From the IMG/VR virus record IMGVR_UViG_3300023210_002494: DNA of 64,000 nt, one strand, 5' to 3'. Under the pieces are notes generated by a model. The model saw nothing but the letters and a program-made list of their open reading frames with translations. It had not been told where the DNA came from and did no database searches. The translations under genes were made by a program, and so were the position numbers. Of this stretch, positions 1 through 9,301 are shown piece after piece. Positions within the stretch are counted from its first letter, which is position 1; each line of letters starts with the position of its first letter. The DNA comes from an uncultured virus (IMG/VR IMGVR_UViG_3300023210_002494). Lineage: Duplodnaviria; Heunggongvirae; Uroviricota; Caudoviricetes.

Positions 1-411
1 ACTGAATCCCCATTTCAACTACTAGAAAGGGTTAAAAAAGTTGCAACAGAATGGGTAAAAGCCGGTCATAGAAACGGTTCAAATTCACACAATGTGTCAG
101 CTACAATTTCATTAAGAGAACATGAATGGGACGCAGCTGGTGAGTGGATGTGGGAAAACAGAAAATCTTATAACGGTTTATCGGTATTACCATATAATGG
201 TGGAACATACACTCAAGCTCCATTCGAAGATATTACAGAAGAAAAGTATGAAGAAATGATGGAATCTTTACAAGACGTTAATTTAAGTATGGTTGTTGAA
301 TTAGATGATAATACAAATTTAACTGGTGAATTAGCGTGTGCTGGGGGTAGTTGTGAAATAGATGTTGATTTAAAATCTATAAAAGAAGAAAAAGAATTAG
401 ATGAGGCATAA
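1..411 (+). CDS. nrdJ: Class II (adenosylcobalamin-dependent) ribonucleotide reductase, C-terminal part (5' truncated by window)
   Basis: Frame 1 is open from base 1 (TESPFQLLERVKKVATEWVKAGH...HNVSATIS). GLSVLPY..GTYTQAPFEDIT and the C-terminal redox pair ACAGGSCEI are typical of monomeric class II RNR. Confidence 0.85.
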   Translation, partial: TESPFQLLERVKKVATEWVKAGHRNGSNSHNVSATISLREHEWDAAGEWMWENRKSYNGLSVLPYNGGTYTQAPFEDITEEKYEEMMESLQDVNLSMVVELDDNTNLTGELACAGGSCEIDVDLKSIKEEKELDEA

Positions 412-589
412 GGTAAGTAAAGAAATATTATATCATTTTAATTGTGGTAAATGTAATAAATGGTGGTCAATTGCTGACTACCATTTGTTTTCTAATAATG
501 TACCAGAAAATGAAAAAAAGTTACCTATTTTAATAATATGTCCCCACTGTGGACATAATGAAGAAATAAAAGAAGTAAAAAATGAATAG
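401..589 (+). CDS. Small zinc-ribbon protein
   Basis: CGKC...CPHC pairs; overlaps both neighbours in operon style. Confidence 0.6.
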   Translation: MRHKVSKEILYHFNCGKCNKWWSIADYHLFSNNVPENEKKLPILIICPHCGHNEEIKEVKNE

Positions 590-821
590 AAGAGACGATT
601 GGATTACAGAACTACACTATAAAGAATTTGTGAAACCAAAACTACAACAAGATGATTTTTATTGGGAAGGTGGTACAATGGTCATGACAGAAAACTATCA
701 CAAAAAAAGAGGTAGTTGTTGTGGTAGTCGCTGTAGACACTGCCCATATTGGCCAAAATACCAAAAAATGAACAAAGATTTAAAAGGTGGTGGAATTAAT
801 ACACACCAAACCAATCTTTGA
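582..821 (+). CDS. DUF5522-like Cys-rich small protein
   Basis: HKKRGSCCGSRCRHCPY motif. Confidence 0.7.
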   Translation: MNRRDDWITELHYKEFVKPKLQQDDFYWEGGTMVMTENYHKKRGSCCGSRCRHCPYWPKYQKMNKDLKGGGINTHQTNL

Positions 822-823
822 AG

Positions 824-830
824 TATTTAT
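824..830 (+). promoter_or_regulatory. Putative late promoter TATTTAT before the baseplate operon
   Basis: Recurrent intergenic motif, here 11 nt before ATG 842. Confidence 0.6.
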
Positions 831-841
831 TATAAAAAAGC

Positions 842-1303
842 ATGCCCAACCAAAGATACGGTATAACATTTCCATTTACGGATAGTCAACAAGGGTTTTT
901 TTTAGGACTTAACAAAACTCCTGATAGTGAAGTACGTTCTAATTTAATCCACTTAATACTGACTTTAAAAGGCACACGTTATTTTTTACCTGATTTTGGT
1001 ACAAATTTAATGAGGTATATTTTTGAACCTATGGATTCAGCAACTAAGACATCTATAGATACAGAAATAAGAGAAGCGGTAGATATGTATATACCTAATC
1101 TAGTAATTACTAAAATAGAAGTAAAAACAGCAGAAGATGTTAGGCAAGAAGAAAAACAAGAAATAAATAGTCCAGATATGGAAGATAATAGTTTTAGTTT
1201 TGTCGGTTCTAGTGAAAAAGAATATTCTATGAGAGTAAGAATTGACTACACCTCAGGGGACAACGTTTTTCAAACTAAGGACTTTGTAATAATTAATTTA
1301 TAA
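842..1303 (+). CDS. Baseplate wedge protein, GPW/gp25 family
   Basis: GITFPF...SNLIHLILTLKGTRYFLPDFGTNLMRYIFEPMD...IREAVDMYIP. Confidence 0.85.
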   Translation: MPNQRYGITFPFTDSQQGFFLGLNKTPDSEVRSNLIHLILTLKGTRYFLPDFGTNLMRYIFEPMDSATKTSIDTEIREAVDMYIPNLVITKIEVKTAEDVRQEEKQEINSPDMEDNSFSFVGSSEKEYSMRVRIDYTSGDNVFQTKDFVIINL

Positions 1304-1304
1304 T

Positions 1305-3146
1305 ATGGCGGAAAAACAAATAGCATACACAGAAAGAGATTTTCTAGGGATAAGAAATGAGTTACTAAGATTAACCAATACCTACTATCCAGATTTAATA
1401 CAAAATGCTAATGACGCATCTATATACTCAGTATTTTTAGATTTAAACGCGGCAGTAGCAGATAATCTAAACTTTCAGATAGACAGAACATTTCAAGAAA
1501 CAGTGTTACAATTTGCTGAGGAAAGAAGTTCTTTATATAATCTAGCTAGAACTTATGGTTTAAAAGTGCCAGGTAATAGACCTTCTGTAACAGTTGGTGA
1601 TTTATCTGTAGTTGTACCGGCTTTAGGTGATAAAGAAGATTTTAAATATTTAGGTCTTTTAAGAGCTGGGGCACAATTTAATGGTGGTGGTCAGATATTC
1701 GAGTTAGTAGACGATTGTGACTTTTCATCACCGTATAGTGTAGAAGGTATTCCAAACAGAACTAAAATACCTAATTTTGACGCTAACGGTATTTTAGTTA
1801 ACTATACAATCACCAAACGGGAGGTTTTGGTAAATGGAACAACTAAAATATTTAAAAAAGAAATTTTAGACAGTAATAATAAACCATTTTTTAAGTTATT
1901 TTTACCAGAAAAAAATATTATATCTGTTACATCTATAATACAAAAGTCTGGTGTGGGGTACCAATCCTTACCTAATTCTTCAGAATTTATTTCACCATTA
2001 GTAAATAAATGGTATGAGGTGGATGCATTAGCACAAAACGAAGTCTTTATTGAAGACCCATCTTCTCCACCAGATAATGTCGGTATCAAAGTAGGAAAGT
2101 ATGTTACAGCACCACAAAGATTTGTTACAGAATACACCCCAGAAGGTTTTTTCTTCTTAACTTTTGGTGGTGGTAACCAAACATCACAAGACCTTTTAGA
2201 CGAATTTACTTCTAAAGGTGTTAAGTTAGACATGTCTAAATTTATGAACAATATAGCCTTAGGTGATACAGTAAAAGGAAATAATACTTTATTTATACAA
2301 TATAGAGTGGGTGGTGGTAAATCATCTAATATAGGTGCTGGTTCAGTAAGAAATGTTGGGTTAATTGATTTTGTAGTTGCTGGACCCAGTCAACAAGTCA
2401 ATCAGTCAGTAATTAACAGTTTAGCGGTAAATAATGTTACTTCAGCCATAGGAGGAGCGGACCCAATGAGTCAAGATGAAATTAGAAATTATATTTCATT
2501 TAATTTTGCAGCTCAAAAAAGAGCAGTTACTATAAATGATTATGTTTCACAATTAAGAACAATGCCTTCATCTTTTGGGGCACCAGCAAAAGCTAGTGCA
2601 ACTGAAGTAGAAAACAAAATAAAATTAAACGTACTTTCCTATACACCTGAAGGTACATTAACATCTAATGTAAGTTCCACTTTAAAAAATAATATATCTA
2701 CATATCTCTCTAATCATAGAATGATAAATGATTATATAATGGTTGGGTCAGCAAAAGTAATTGACCTTAGATTAGAAATAGATTTAATTATTGCTAATGA
2801 TGTAAATCAGTCAGAAGTTGTAACTAATGTAATTACGGTTGTTGGTGATTATTTTAAAACTGATAAAATAGAAATGGGACAAGACCTATCTTTAGGTGAA
2901 CTAAGAAAACAAATAATGAACCAAGAAGGAGTATCGAATATTGTTGACGTTAGGGTGTACAACCAAGTAGGTGACCCATACTCTCAATCAGTAAGTACCC
3001 AACCATATATCAACAACACAACAAAACAAATAGGTCTAATAGACGACACTATTTTTGCACAACCAGATGAAATATTACAGATAATGTCACCTCAAAAAGA
3101 CATAGCAGTTAGAACCAAGAGGAACACTAAACCCACATTCTCTTAA
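1305..3146 (+). CDS. Baseplate wedge subunit, T4 gp6 / baseplate J-like
   Basis: RDFLGIRNEL; LNFQIDRTFQET; YRVGGG..SNI; GGADP..DEIR..FAAQKRAVTINDY. Confidence 0.85.
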   Translation: MAEKQIAYTERDFLGIRNELLRLTNTYYPDLIQNANDASIYSVFLDLNAAVADNLNFQIDRTFQETVLQFAEERSSLYNLARTYGLKVPGNRPSVTVGDLSVVVPALGDKEDFKYLGLLRAGAQFNGGGQIFELVDDCDFSSPYSVEGIPNRTKIPNFDANGILVNYTITKREVLVNGTTKIFKKEILDSNNKPFFKLFLPEKNIISVTSIIQKSGVGYQSLPNSSEFISPLVNKWYEVDALAQNEVFIEDPSSPPDNVGIKVGKYVTAPQRFVTEYTPEGFFFLTFGGGNQTSQDLLDEFTSKGVKLDMSKFMNNIALGDTVKGNNTLFIQYRVGGGKSSNIGAGSVRNVGLIDFVVAGPSQQVNQSVINSLAVNNVTSAIGGADPMSQDEIRNYISFNFAAQKRAVTINDYVSQLRTMPSSFGAPAKASATEVENKIKLNVLSYTPEGTLTSNVSSTLKNNISTYLSNHRMINDYIMVGSAKVIDLRLEIDLIIANDVNQSEVVTNVITVVGDYFKTDKIEMGQDLSLGELRKQIMNQEGVSNIVDVRVYNQVGDPYSQSVSTQPYINNTTKQIGLIDDTIFAQPDEILQIMSPQKDIAVRTKRNTKPTFS

Positions 3147-3247
3147 ACTTTACTATATTATACCATAACTTACTTTTAATTTTAGTGGTGGAACTATTTA
3201 TTTTATAAACACCATAAACCTTAAAAAGGTTAATATTAATTTAAAAG

Positions 3248-6200
3248 ATGCATAAATCTATTAGAGTAAGGACACAGGTTGGTAAAGACCAAAAAGTTAG
3301 CTTCAACTTAAAACAAGATTTTGACTTATTAGAAATATTAAGTTTGTCTCTTTCACAAAATGACGTATACACAAGAATGTGTGCTGATTTTGGTGTGGTT
3401 GTAGGTAGAGTTACGTCAAACGGTGGGTACGGAATACCAAACGCTAAAGTTTCTATATTTGTACCTATAGATGTGGAAGATGAACAAAATGAAGTAGTTA
3501 GACTACTATATCCATACACACAACCTTTCGATACTACACCAGATGGTAAAAGGTACAACTTACTTAGCTCCAAACCAAATTTTGATTGTCATGTTCCCGT
3601 AGGAACTTTTCCAACCATAGATGATGTTTTAGATAAACAAGAAATTCAGTATGTTTATGACAAATACTATAAATTTACCGTAAAAACTAATGAGGCTGGT
3701 GATTTTATGATATATGGTGTGCCAGTTGGTGACCAAACACTTATTATGGATGTTGATATGAGTGACATAGGATGTTTCTCGATGTTACCAGAAGACTTTA
3801 AACAATTAGGATTTCCAGATTCTAAATTTGATGGAACTAGATTTAGGGATGACCCATCTTTAGATAACCTACCACAAATTGTAGGTCAACAAAAATCTAT
3901 AGACGTTAGACCTTTTTGGGGTGATGAAGAGTTTTGTAGTGCATCAATAACTAGAGTAGATTTTGATTTAGGAAATTCAGGAATTAAAATACAACCTACA
4001 TCTGTTTTTATGGGTAGTACAGCTACAGATACAGATAAAGACTCCGTAAACAAAAGATGTAGACCAAAAAGACATATGGGTGAGTTGTGTAGTTTAATAA
4101 CACAACCAGGTATAATAGACTGTATTAGGTACACACCATTTTTTAAAGATGACCAAAAGGCTTTCCCACCGTACCCTTATGATGGTTCTGGTATGGGTGG
4201 TGGACAAGTACCAGTAATGGAAAAATTTTATTTTGATGATGGTGGTAGAGTAATAGACGAAACAGGTTCGTTCTTAGTACACTTACCGATGAACCTAGAC
4301 CACGTAATTACTGATGAGTTTGGTAATTTAGTAAAGTCTAATGACCCATCGAAAGGTGTCGCGACAAGAACTAGGTGTAGATTTAGGGTAAGACCAGAAC
4401 AATCTTCCGGTACTGCGAGACAAAGAAGAAGAGGGTCACATTTAGTACCACAAATTAGAGAATTTGGAACCGTAACAGACACAAATGGTGATTGGCCTGA
4501 AATAGGAGAAGATTTAGTAGATGGGGAGGGAAATAGTAAGTATTATGACCCATATACATTTTCTTTAGAATATAGTGATTATCACCCATGGGCTCAAACA
4601 AACTTAATACCAGGAGCTAAAGATTTATTTTATGATATGTCTTTTAATAGAGTTTATACTTATTCACAATTTCATGACCATGTTAAACACTGGGGAAGAA
4701 GACAATTTTTAGGTATTAAAGAAATATTACCAGAACAAGACCAACAATGCTCAACCTCAGCAATGTTCTTCCCAGTTAATAGTGCTGTAAAAAGACTTAA
4801 GGGTATAATAATTTTAAATCAGTTTATTCTATTATTTACTTATATTATTTATAGAATGTTATCCGTAGTGTTTGGTCTTATTGCGTCTATACTTGGTTTA
4901 ATACTTATTCCATTTCTTATAATTTTTGCTGCTATTTGTTTAGTTTATACTTTAATAAATGCTTGGGGTTGGCTTGCCAGTATGTTAAGTTTTGCACCCA
5001 CACCCACCATGTGTAGTCAGTTATCGTGGACCAATCAGTGTCAACCATCGTGCTTAACATTTGGAATACCTATGGGGTTTGTATTATTTACCCTAAGACA
5101 AAAAAAATACCCAGAATGTGAAAGTTGTATGTGTAGGACTAACCCTAATATAGACATGCAGAATGCTTCTAATAACTATAGTTGGGGTGATGATGATTGT
5201 GGTTCATCTACTAATATATTTGGTGTTGAAAGGGATGTAGTTTGTTGTGCGGATAGTTTTGGGTATGACTCTACTACAAGTTCCCCACCACCTGACCTAC
5301 TAGGTAATTCTACAAATGCAGATAACGATATGGCTGCTGGTGGTGGTTGTTATGTAAAAGTGATGTGTTTAAATGTTGCTTGTGCTGCATTTAACACAAA
5401 TGACGTATTAGTTAGGGAATGGTATAGAAGAGAAAAAATATTTTCAGCTTTATGTGATGGTATAATGAATTATTTTTGGGAAAATGCCTGGGTAAATGGA
5501 TTCTTATACCAATTCCAGTTCAGAGCTAAATTACAATATGATGCTGCTGATGACACTTACGCTACTTCAGGTACTAGATATTGTAAAAAAGTGGTTTATT
5601 TACACCCATCTGACCACACTTTTTACTATAGATGCACACCATTTAGATATAATTCAGCAACTACAGGTAAGTTTATTGCTGACGATGATGGTGTGGCGGG
5701 TGGAAACCAAACCACAAACTGGTTTTATGGTAACTCACACTGGTCAGGTGATATGGACAGACATATTCTATTCCCAACTACTATGGTAGATATGGGTTCT
5801 AGAAATCAATGTATACAGCAAATATGTCTTGATGAAAAATTTGCTGAGGAGTGCGCAGTTACAGACCAAATAGGTAGCACAACATTCCAAGACATAACTG
5901 ACCTAGTTTCCGATTCTTATAATCTTAAAGCCTCACAACCTAATATGCAATTAAGTGACATATTTGCAAGACCTGAAAAAGAGATTGGTGGAGATATGGC
6001 ACAAGCACTAATGCAAAACTCAATGTTAGGTGTTTTTGGTTATGAAACAAATATGGGTACCACATCGTGTGACTGTACTGTGGCTTCAACAATTGTTGCA
6101 CCTGCTACTGGTGATATAGAGTATGAACAACCTAACAACATGAATGAAACAGGTACTTATGTTGATTATGCTATAAATGTTAATGCTGGGTATGACATAC

Positions 6201-6652
6201 AATGGAGACCTCATTTATTTACTGCTAGTACACCTACAATTATGACAGGTGCGGACCTAATAGATTGTGTTTCCTATGAATTATCCGGTAGCTCACAAGT
6301 AATACCTTTTTATATTTGGAGAATAAAAGGTTCTAGTGGTTTTGGTAATGAAAATAATGATTGGCAATACACAAGGGGAAATTATCGTACAGCTTCAGAT
6401 TCTTGGACAAGTACAGGTGGTACTGCAATTATTAACTCAGGAGACTACCAGAATACTGTTGGGGATTTAAACGGTTTTGCTTTACCAGGTACACCAGGAG
6501 ACGCATATCCCCCAATGTCACAAGTAACAGGACCATCCATGTTATTTTCACAACCACTATTCTATTACTTTGGTTTAAGACCCGGAGAAACTGCTTATAA
6601 CCGATTTATTAGGTTATACGTAGATGAATCACTAGCTGATACTGTTATATAA
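3248..6652 (+). CDS. Large virion structural protein with N-terminal Ig/prealbumin-like segment and internal hydrophobic helices
   Basis: GVVVGRV..GIPNAKVSIF..TVKTNEAGDFMIYGVPVG; long hydrophobic stretch at ~aa 520-610; follows gp6; TATTTAT upstream at 3195. Confidence 0.7.
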   Translation: MHKSIRVRTQVGKDQKVSFNLKQDFDLLEILSLSLSQNDVYTRMCADFGVVVGRVTSNGGYGIPNAKVSIFVPIDVEDEQNEVVRLLYPYTQPFDTTPDGKRYNLLSSKPNFDCHVPVGTFPTIDDVLDKQEIQYVYDKYYKFTVKTNEAGDFMIYGVPVGDQTLIMDVDMSDIGCFSMLPEDFKQLGFPDSKFDGTRFRDDPSLDNLPQIVGQQKSIDVRPFWGDEEFCSASITRVDFDLGNSGIKIQPTSVFMGSTATDTDKDSVNKRCRPKRHMGELCSLITQPGIIDCIRYTPFFKDDQKAFPPYPYDGSGMGGGQVPVMEKFYFDDGGRVIDETGSFLVHLPMNLDHVITDEFGNLVKSNDPSKGVATRTRCRFRVRPEQSSGTARQRRRGSHLVPQIREFGTVTDTNGDWPEIGEDLVDGEGNSKYYDPYTFSLEYSDYHPWAQTNLIPGAKDLFYDMSFNRVYTYSQFHDHVKHWGRRQFLGIKEILPEQDQQCSTSAMFFPVNSAVKRLKGIIILNQFILLFTYIIYRMLSVVFGLIASILGLILIPFLIIFAAICLVYTLINAWGWLASMLSFAPTPTMCSQLSWTNQCQPSCLTFGIPMGFVLFTLRQKKYPECESCMCRTNPNIDMQNASNNYSWGDDDCGSSTNIFGVERDVVCCADSFGYDSTTSSPPPDLLGNSTNADNDMAAGGGCYVKVMCLNVACAAFNTNDVLVREWYRREKIFSALCDGIMNYFWENAWVNGFLYQFQFRAKLQYDAADDTYATSGTRYCKKVVYLHPSDHTFYYRCTPFRYNSATTGKFIADDDGVAGGNQTTNWFYGNSHWSGDMDRHILFPTTMVDMGSRNQCIQQICLDEKFAEECAVTDQIGSTTFQDITDLVSDSYNLKASQPNMQLSDIFARPEKEIGGDMAQALMQNSMLGVFGYETNMGTTSCDCTVASTIVAPATGDIEYEQPNNMNETGTYVDYAINVNAGYDIQWRPHLFTASTPTIMTGADLIDCVSYELSGSSQVIPFYIWRIKGSSGFGNENNDWQYTRGNYRTASDSWTSTGGTAIINSGDYQNTVGDLNGFALPGTPGDAYPPMSQVTGPSMLFSQPLFYYFGLRPGETAYNRFIRLYVDESLADTVI

Positions 6653-8448
6653 TGAGTAATAAAAAAAACATAAGAATTGTAAGAGGGGAATCTAAATTTG
6701 CCGGTTCTCAAAACAAAGACATAAGTCTACAACCTTTTTTAAGTAGTGAACAACGTACTATGATAGAAGGTGATAGAAATTTAGTATTAAATTTAAGAGA
6801 CCAGTTTGATTTTGAAAGGGATTATTCCACAACATACAGACCATATGGTAAAATTGATATTTTATATAATAATATTATAACAGGACAGACAGATGATACA
6901 AATGTGTTAAATTATATGTACTTTACACCAGATTATATTGGTTGTCCAGACCCGATTTCTATATTACCTGTGGTAACACCTTTTAGTGGACCACCTTGTG
7001 TTGGGTTACCGCCTTCAGACTTATTTAGTTTTATGCCACCTTATCGTTACGGACCAACCAACGCATCACCATATAGTAATTTAAACGCTTATCAAGATAA
7101 TTGGGTTGAGTACATTTCTTATGTGTCTAGTTGTGATACAGGGCAGACTATGGAATTTTATGTGACATATACTGGTAGTTCTGTTGGTATAACATTTAAT
7201 AGTGGTGATGGAATACCAGCTCGTATACAATTATTAACAGTAAATGGAAAACAAACTTTAAGGATAACCACAGCCTCACCACACGGAGTAAATGCTGAGG
7301 AATTCATAGAATTACAAAACAGCCCAACAATAGTTCCAATAGCACCAACTAACTTAGTTAGTAATTTAAGTATTACGTCACCTGTTGCGGTAACAAATCA
7401 AAGTACTTTTAAGGTTGATTTTTTAGGTAATGAATACGCAAATTCAGAAGACTACGTTATAAACATATACACCAAAGGTGTTGATTTAACGGAGGTCCTA
7501 ATAAATTCAGTATGTGTAATAAAAAGAATCATCAACATAAATAATATTAATGAGACTAAATCACAATACTGTACTCACATACACACACTAATAACTAATT
7601 CATCCGACTATAGTTTAGATAGGACTGGGTTCGAAATAGGGGTGTATAATAAAAAAGGTAGGGTATTTAAATCTAAAAAAACACCAGATGGGTACGGTGA
7701 CAAAACAGTAATTAAAGAAGAATTCGAATCTTTTTTGTGGAATACAAACCTAGACATAGACGTAGATGACTACCAAGATAACCTAAATAGACCACTAACA
7801 GATTTATACCTAACAATATTTCAAGTAAATAGAAATCTTATGTGGCATTATCAAACACCAGCTAATTCACCAACTGGATATGGGTGGGAATGGAACTTTA
7901 GAAAAAACGGTAATATAGACCCGTTTGTAGACAACAACACAAATCCAACCAACCTATTTCAAAATAATACAAACGGGGTTGACCCCCTACCATTAAGTGG
8001 TACAACATATAGAGGTGCTTTTGTGGAATATAATCCTTTTGAATTAAAAGAAAGAATAATTTCCGAAATTCACCACTCACTAAAATTTAATAGAGATGCT
8101 ATGTATGAGTATCCAGGACTACCTTACGATTACGTAAAATCAATATACAAGTACCAACCACATCATCGTATACCTATACGTAAACTTTCTACCACTATAA
8201 GTTATGAAGATAGTCTATTTACAACACCACCTTATGCTACTTATTCTTTATCAGAAGGAACATTTAGGTGGAGACCAATACTACCAATAGATTATTTTGA
8301 AGATGGTGATAACGGTGTTAATTACCCATATTTAAATGATGCACACTATCCGTATTTAAATTTAGAATTTAAAATAGACCCTATTATGTTTGGTTATAGC
8401 TCTAGTAGCATAAATGTAGTATCAGAATTTGTCGATGTCTGTGAATAG
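6652..8448 (+). CDS. Putative baseplate/tail structural protein
   Basis: 598-aa ORF coupled to its neighbours; ITTASPHG beta-module often seen in tail proteins. Confidence 0.6.
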   Translation: MSNKKNIRIVRGESKFAGSQNKDISLQPFLSSEQRTMIEGDRNLVLNLRDQFDFERDYSTTYRPYGKIDILYNNIITGQTDDTNVLNYMYFTPDYIGCPDPISILPVVTPFSGPPCVGLPPSDLFSFMPPYRYGPTNASPYSNLNAYQDNWVEYISYVSSCDTGQTMEFYVTYTGSSVGITFNSGDGIPARIQLLTVNGKQTLRITTASPHGVNAEEFIELQNSPTIVPIAPTNLVSNLSITSPVAVTNQSTFKVDFLGNEYANSEDYVINIYTKGVDLTEVLINSVCVIKRIININNINETKSQYCTHIHTLITNSSDYSLDRTGFEIGVYNKKGRVFKSKKTPDGYGDKTVIKEEFESFLWNTNLDIDVDDYQDNLNRPLTDLYLTIFQVNRNLMWHYQTPANSPTGYGWEWNFRKNGNIDPFVDNNTNPTNLFQNNTNGVDPLPLSGTTYRGAFVEYNPFELKERIISEIHHSLKFNRDAMYEYPGLPYDYVKSIYKYQPHHRIPIRKLSTTISYEDSLFTTPPYATYSLSEGTFRWRPILPIDYFEDGDNGVNYPYLNDAHYPYLNLEFKIDPIMFGYSSSSINVVSEFVDVCE

Positions 8449-9298
8449 AATACAAATAAAAGCTTCTCTTACTGATAAAAAAGTAACAGTGCCATTAGGT
8501 CAAATATTTGACGAGTTAGGCCGTGAGCAACTTTTAGAAATGCATGACGAAATAGAATTACAAAATAATATAAACTATATACAAGATTATGAGACTACTA
8601 GATATACACCTAATTATGGACCAAACTTTGAGATATTCTATGAATTTGAATTTTGGGACGAATTAAACTCCACATACGTTAATAGCTTTAATATTCTAGG
8701 TTATAAAAATGTGGAGTTAGCTAAAAACTCACAATCTTTTACAAAAAGTTTTTTTAAGTTTGACTTTTTTGATTCACCTACAAGGAAAGAACAAAAATTA
8801 ATGTTTTCTACAATAATGCCTAGTAATAATTGTAGTAAACAATCTGCTGTAATAATTGCAGCTGATGACCCAGAAGAATTTTGGGCTCAACGTAGTGAAG
8901 GTATTAATTTACCAGTATATGATGTTTATATACCAGCTTTTTCCGCTACTTCTGCACCTGTGGGAAAAACTGAAAATTATTATTTACAATGGTTAAAAGG
9001 TAGAGAAATTTTTACGGCTAATACTTTCTACATGAGTTGTAAATTTTTTAACGCAAAAACAGGTACTGTTATGAGAATGTTAAATCAGGAACCAACACCT
9101 ATACAAGGAAGCTATAACTTTGAAGACTTTTTTTACTATCAGGTAGTTTTAAATATAGAAAGTGGAAACACTTTACCAAAATATAATTACACAGTACACC
9201 CGTATAATTCCGTTGCGGGTATGACTGGAATTCAGTTAGCAGCACTAGGCGAAACAGCCAACGGACCAATAAAATTTTATGAATACGTCACATTATAA
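8435..9298 (+). CDS. Putative structural protein
   Basis: ATG 8435 preferred over TTG 8429; lies within the structural operon. Confidence 0.6.
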   Translation: MSVNRIQIKASLTDKKVTVPLGQIFDELGREQLLEMHDEIELQNNINYIQDYETTRYTPNYGPNFEIFYEFEFWDELNSTYVNSFNILGYKNVELAKNSQSFTKSFFKFDFFDSPTRKEQKLMFSTIMPSNNCSKQSAVIIAADDPEEFWAQRSEGINLPVYDVYIPAFSATSAPVGKTENYYLQWLKGREIFTANTFYMSCKFFNAKTGTVMRMLNQEPTPIQGSYNFEDFFYYQVVLNIESGNTLPKYNYTVHPYNSVAGMTGIQLAALGETANGPIKFYEYVTL

Positions 9299-9301
9299 TA
9301 T

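Noticed and set aside
3186..3231. Short inverted repeats TGGTG/CACCA around a late promoter, and AACCTT/AAGGTT
   Set aside because: Stems of only 5-6 bp are too weak to distinguish from chance
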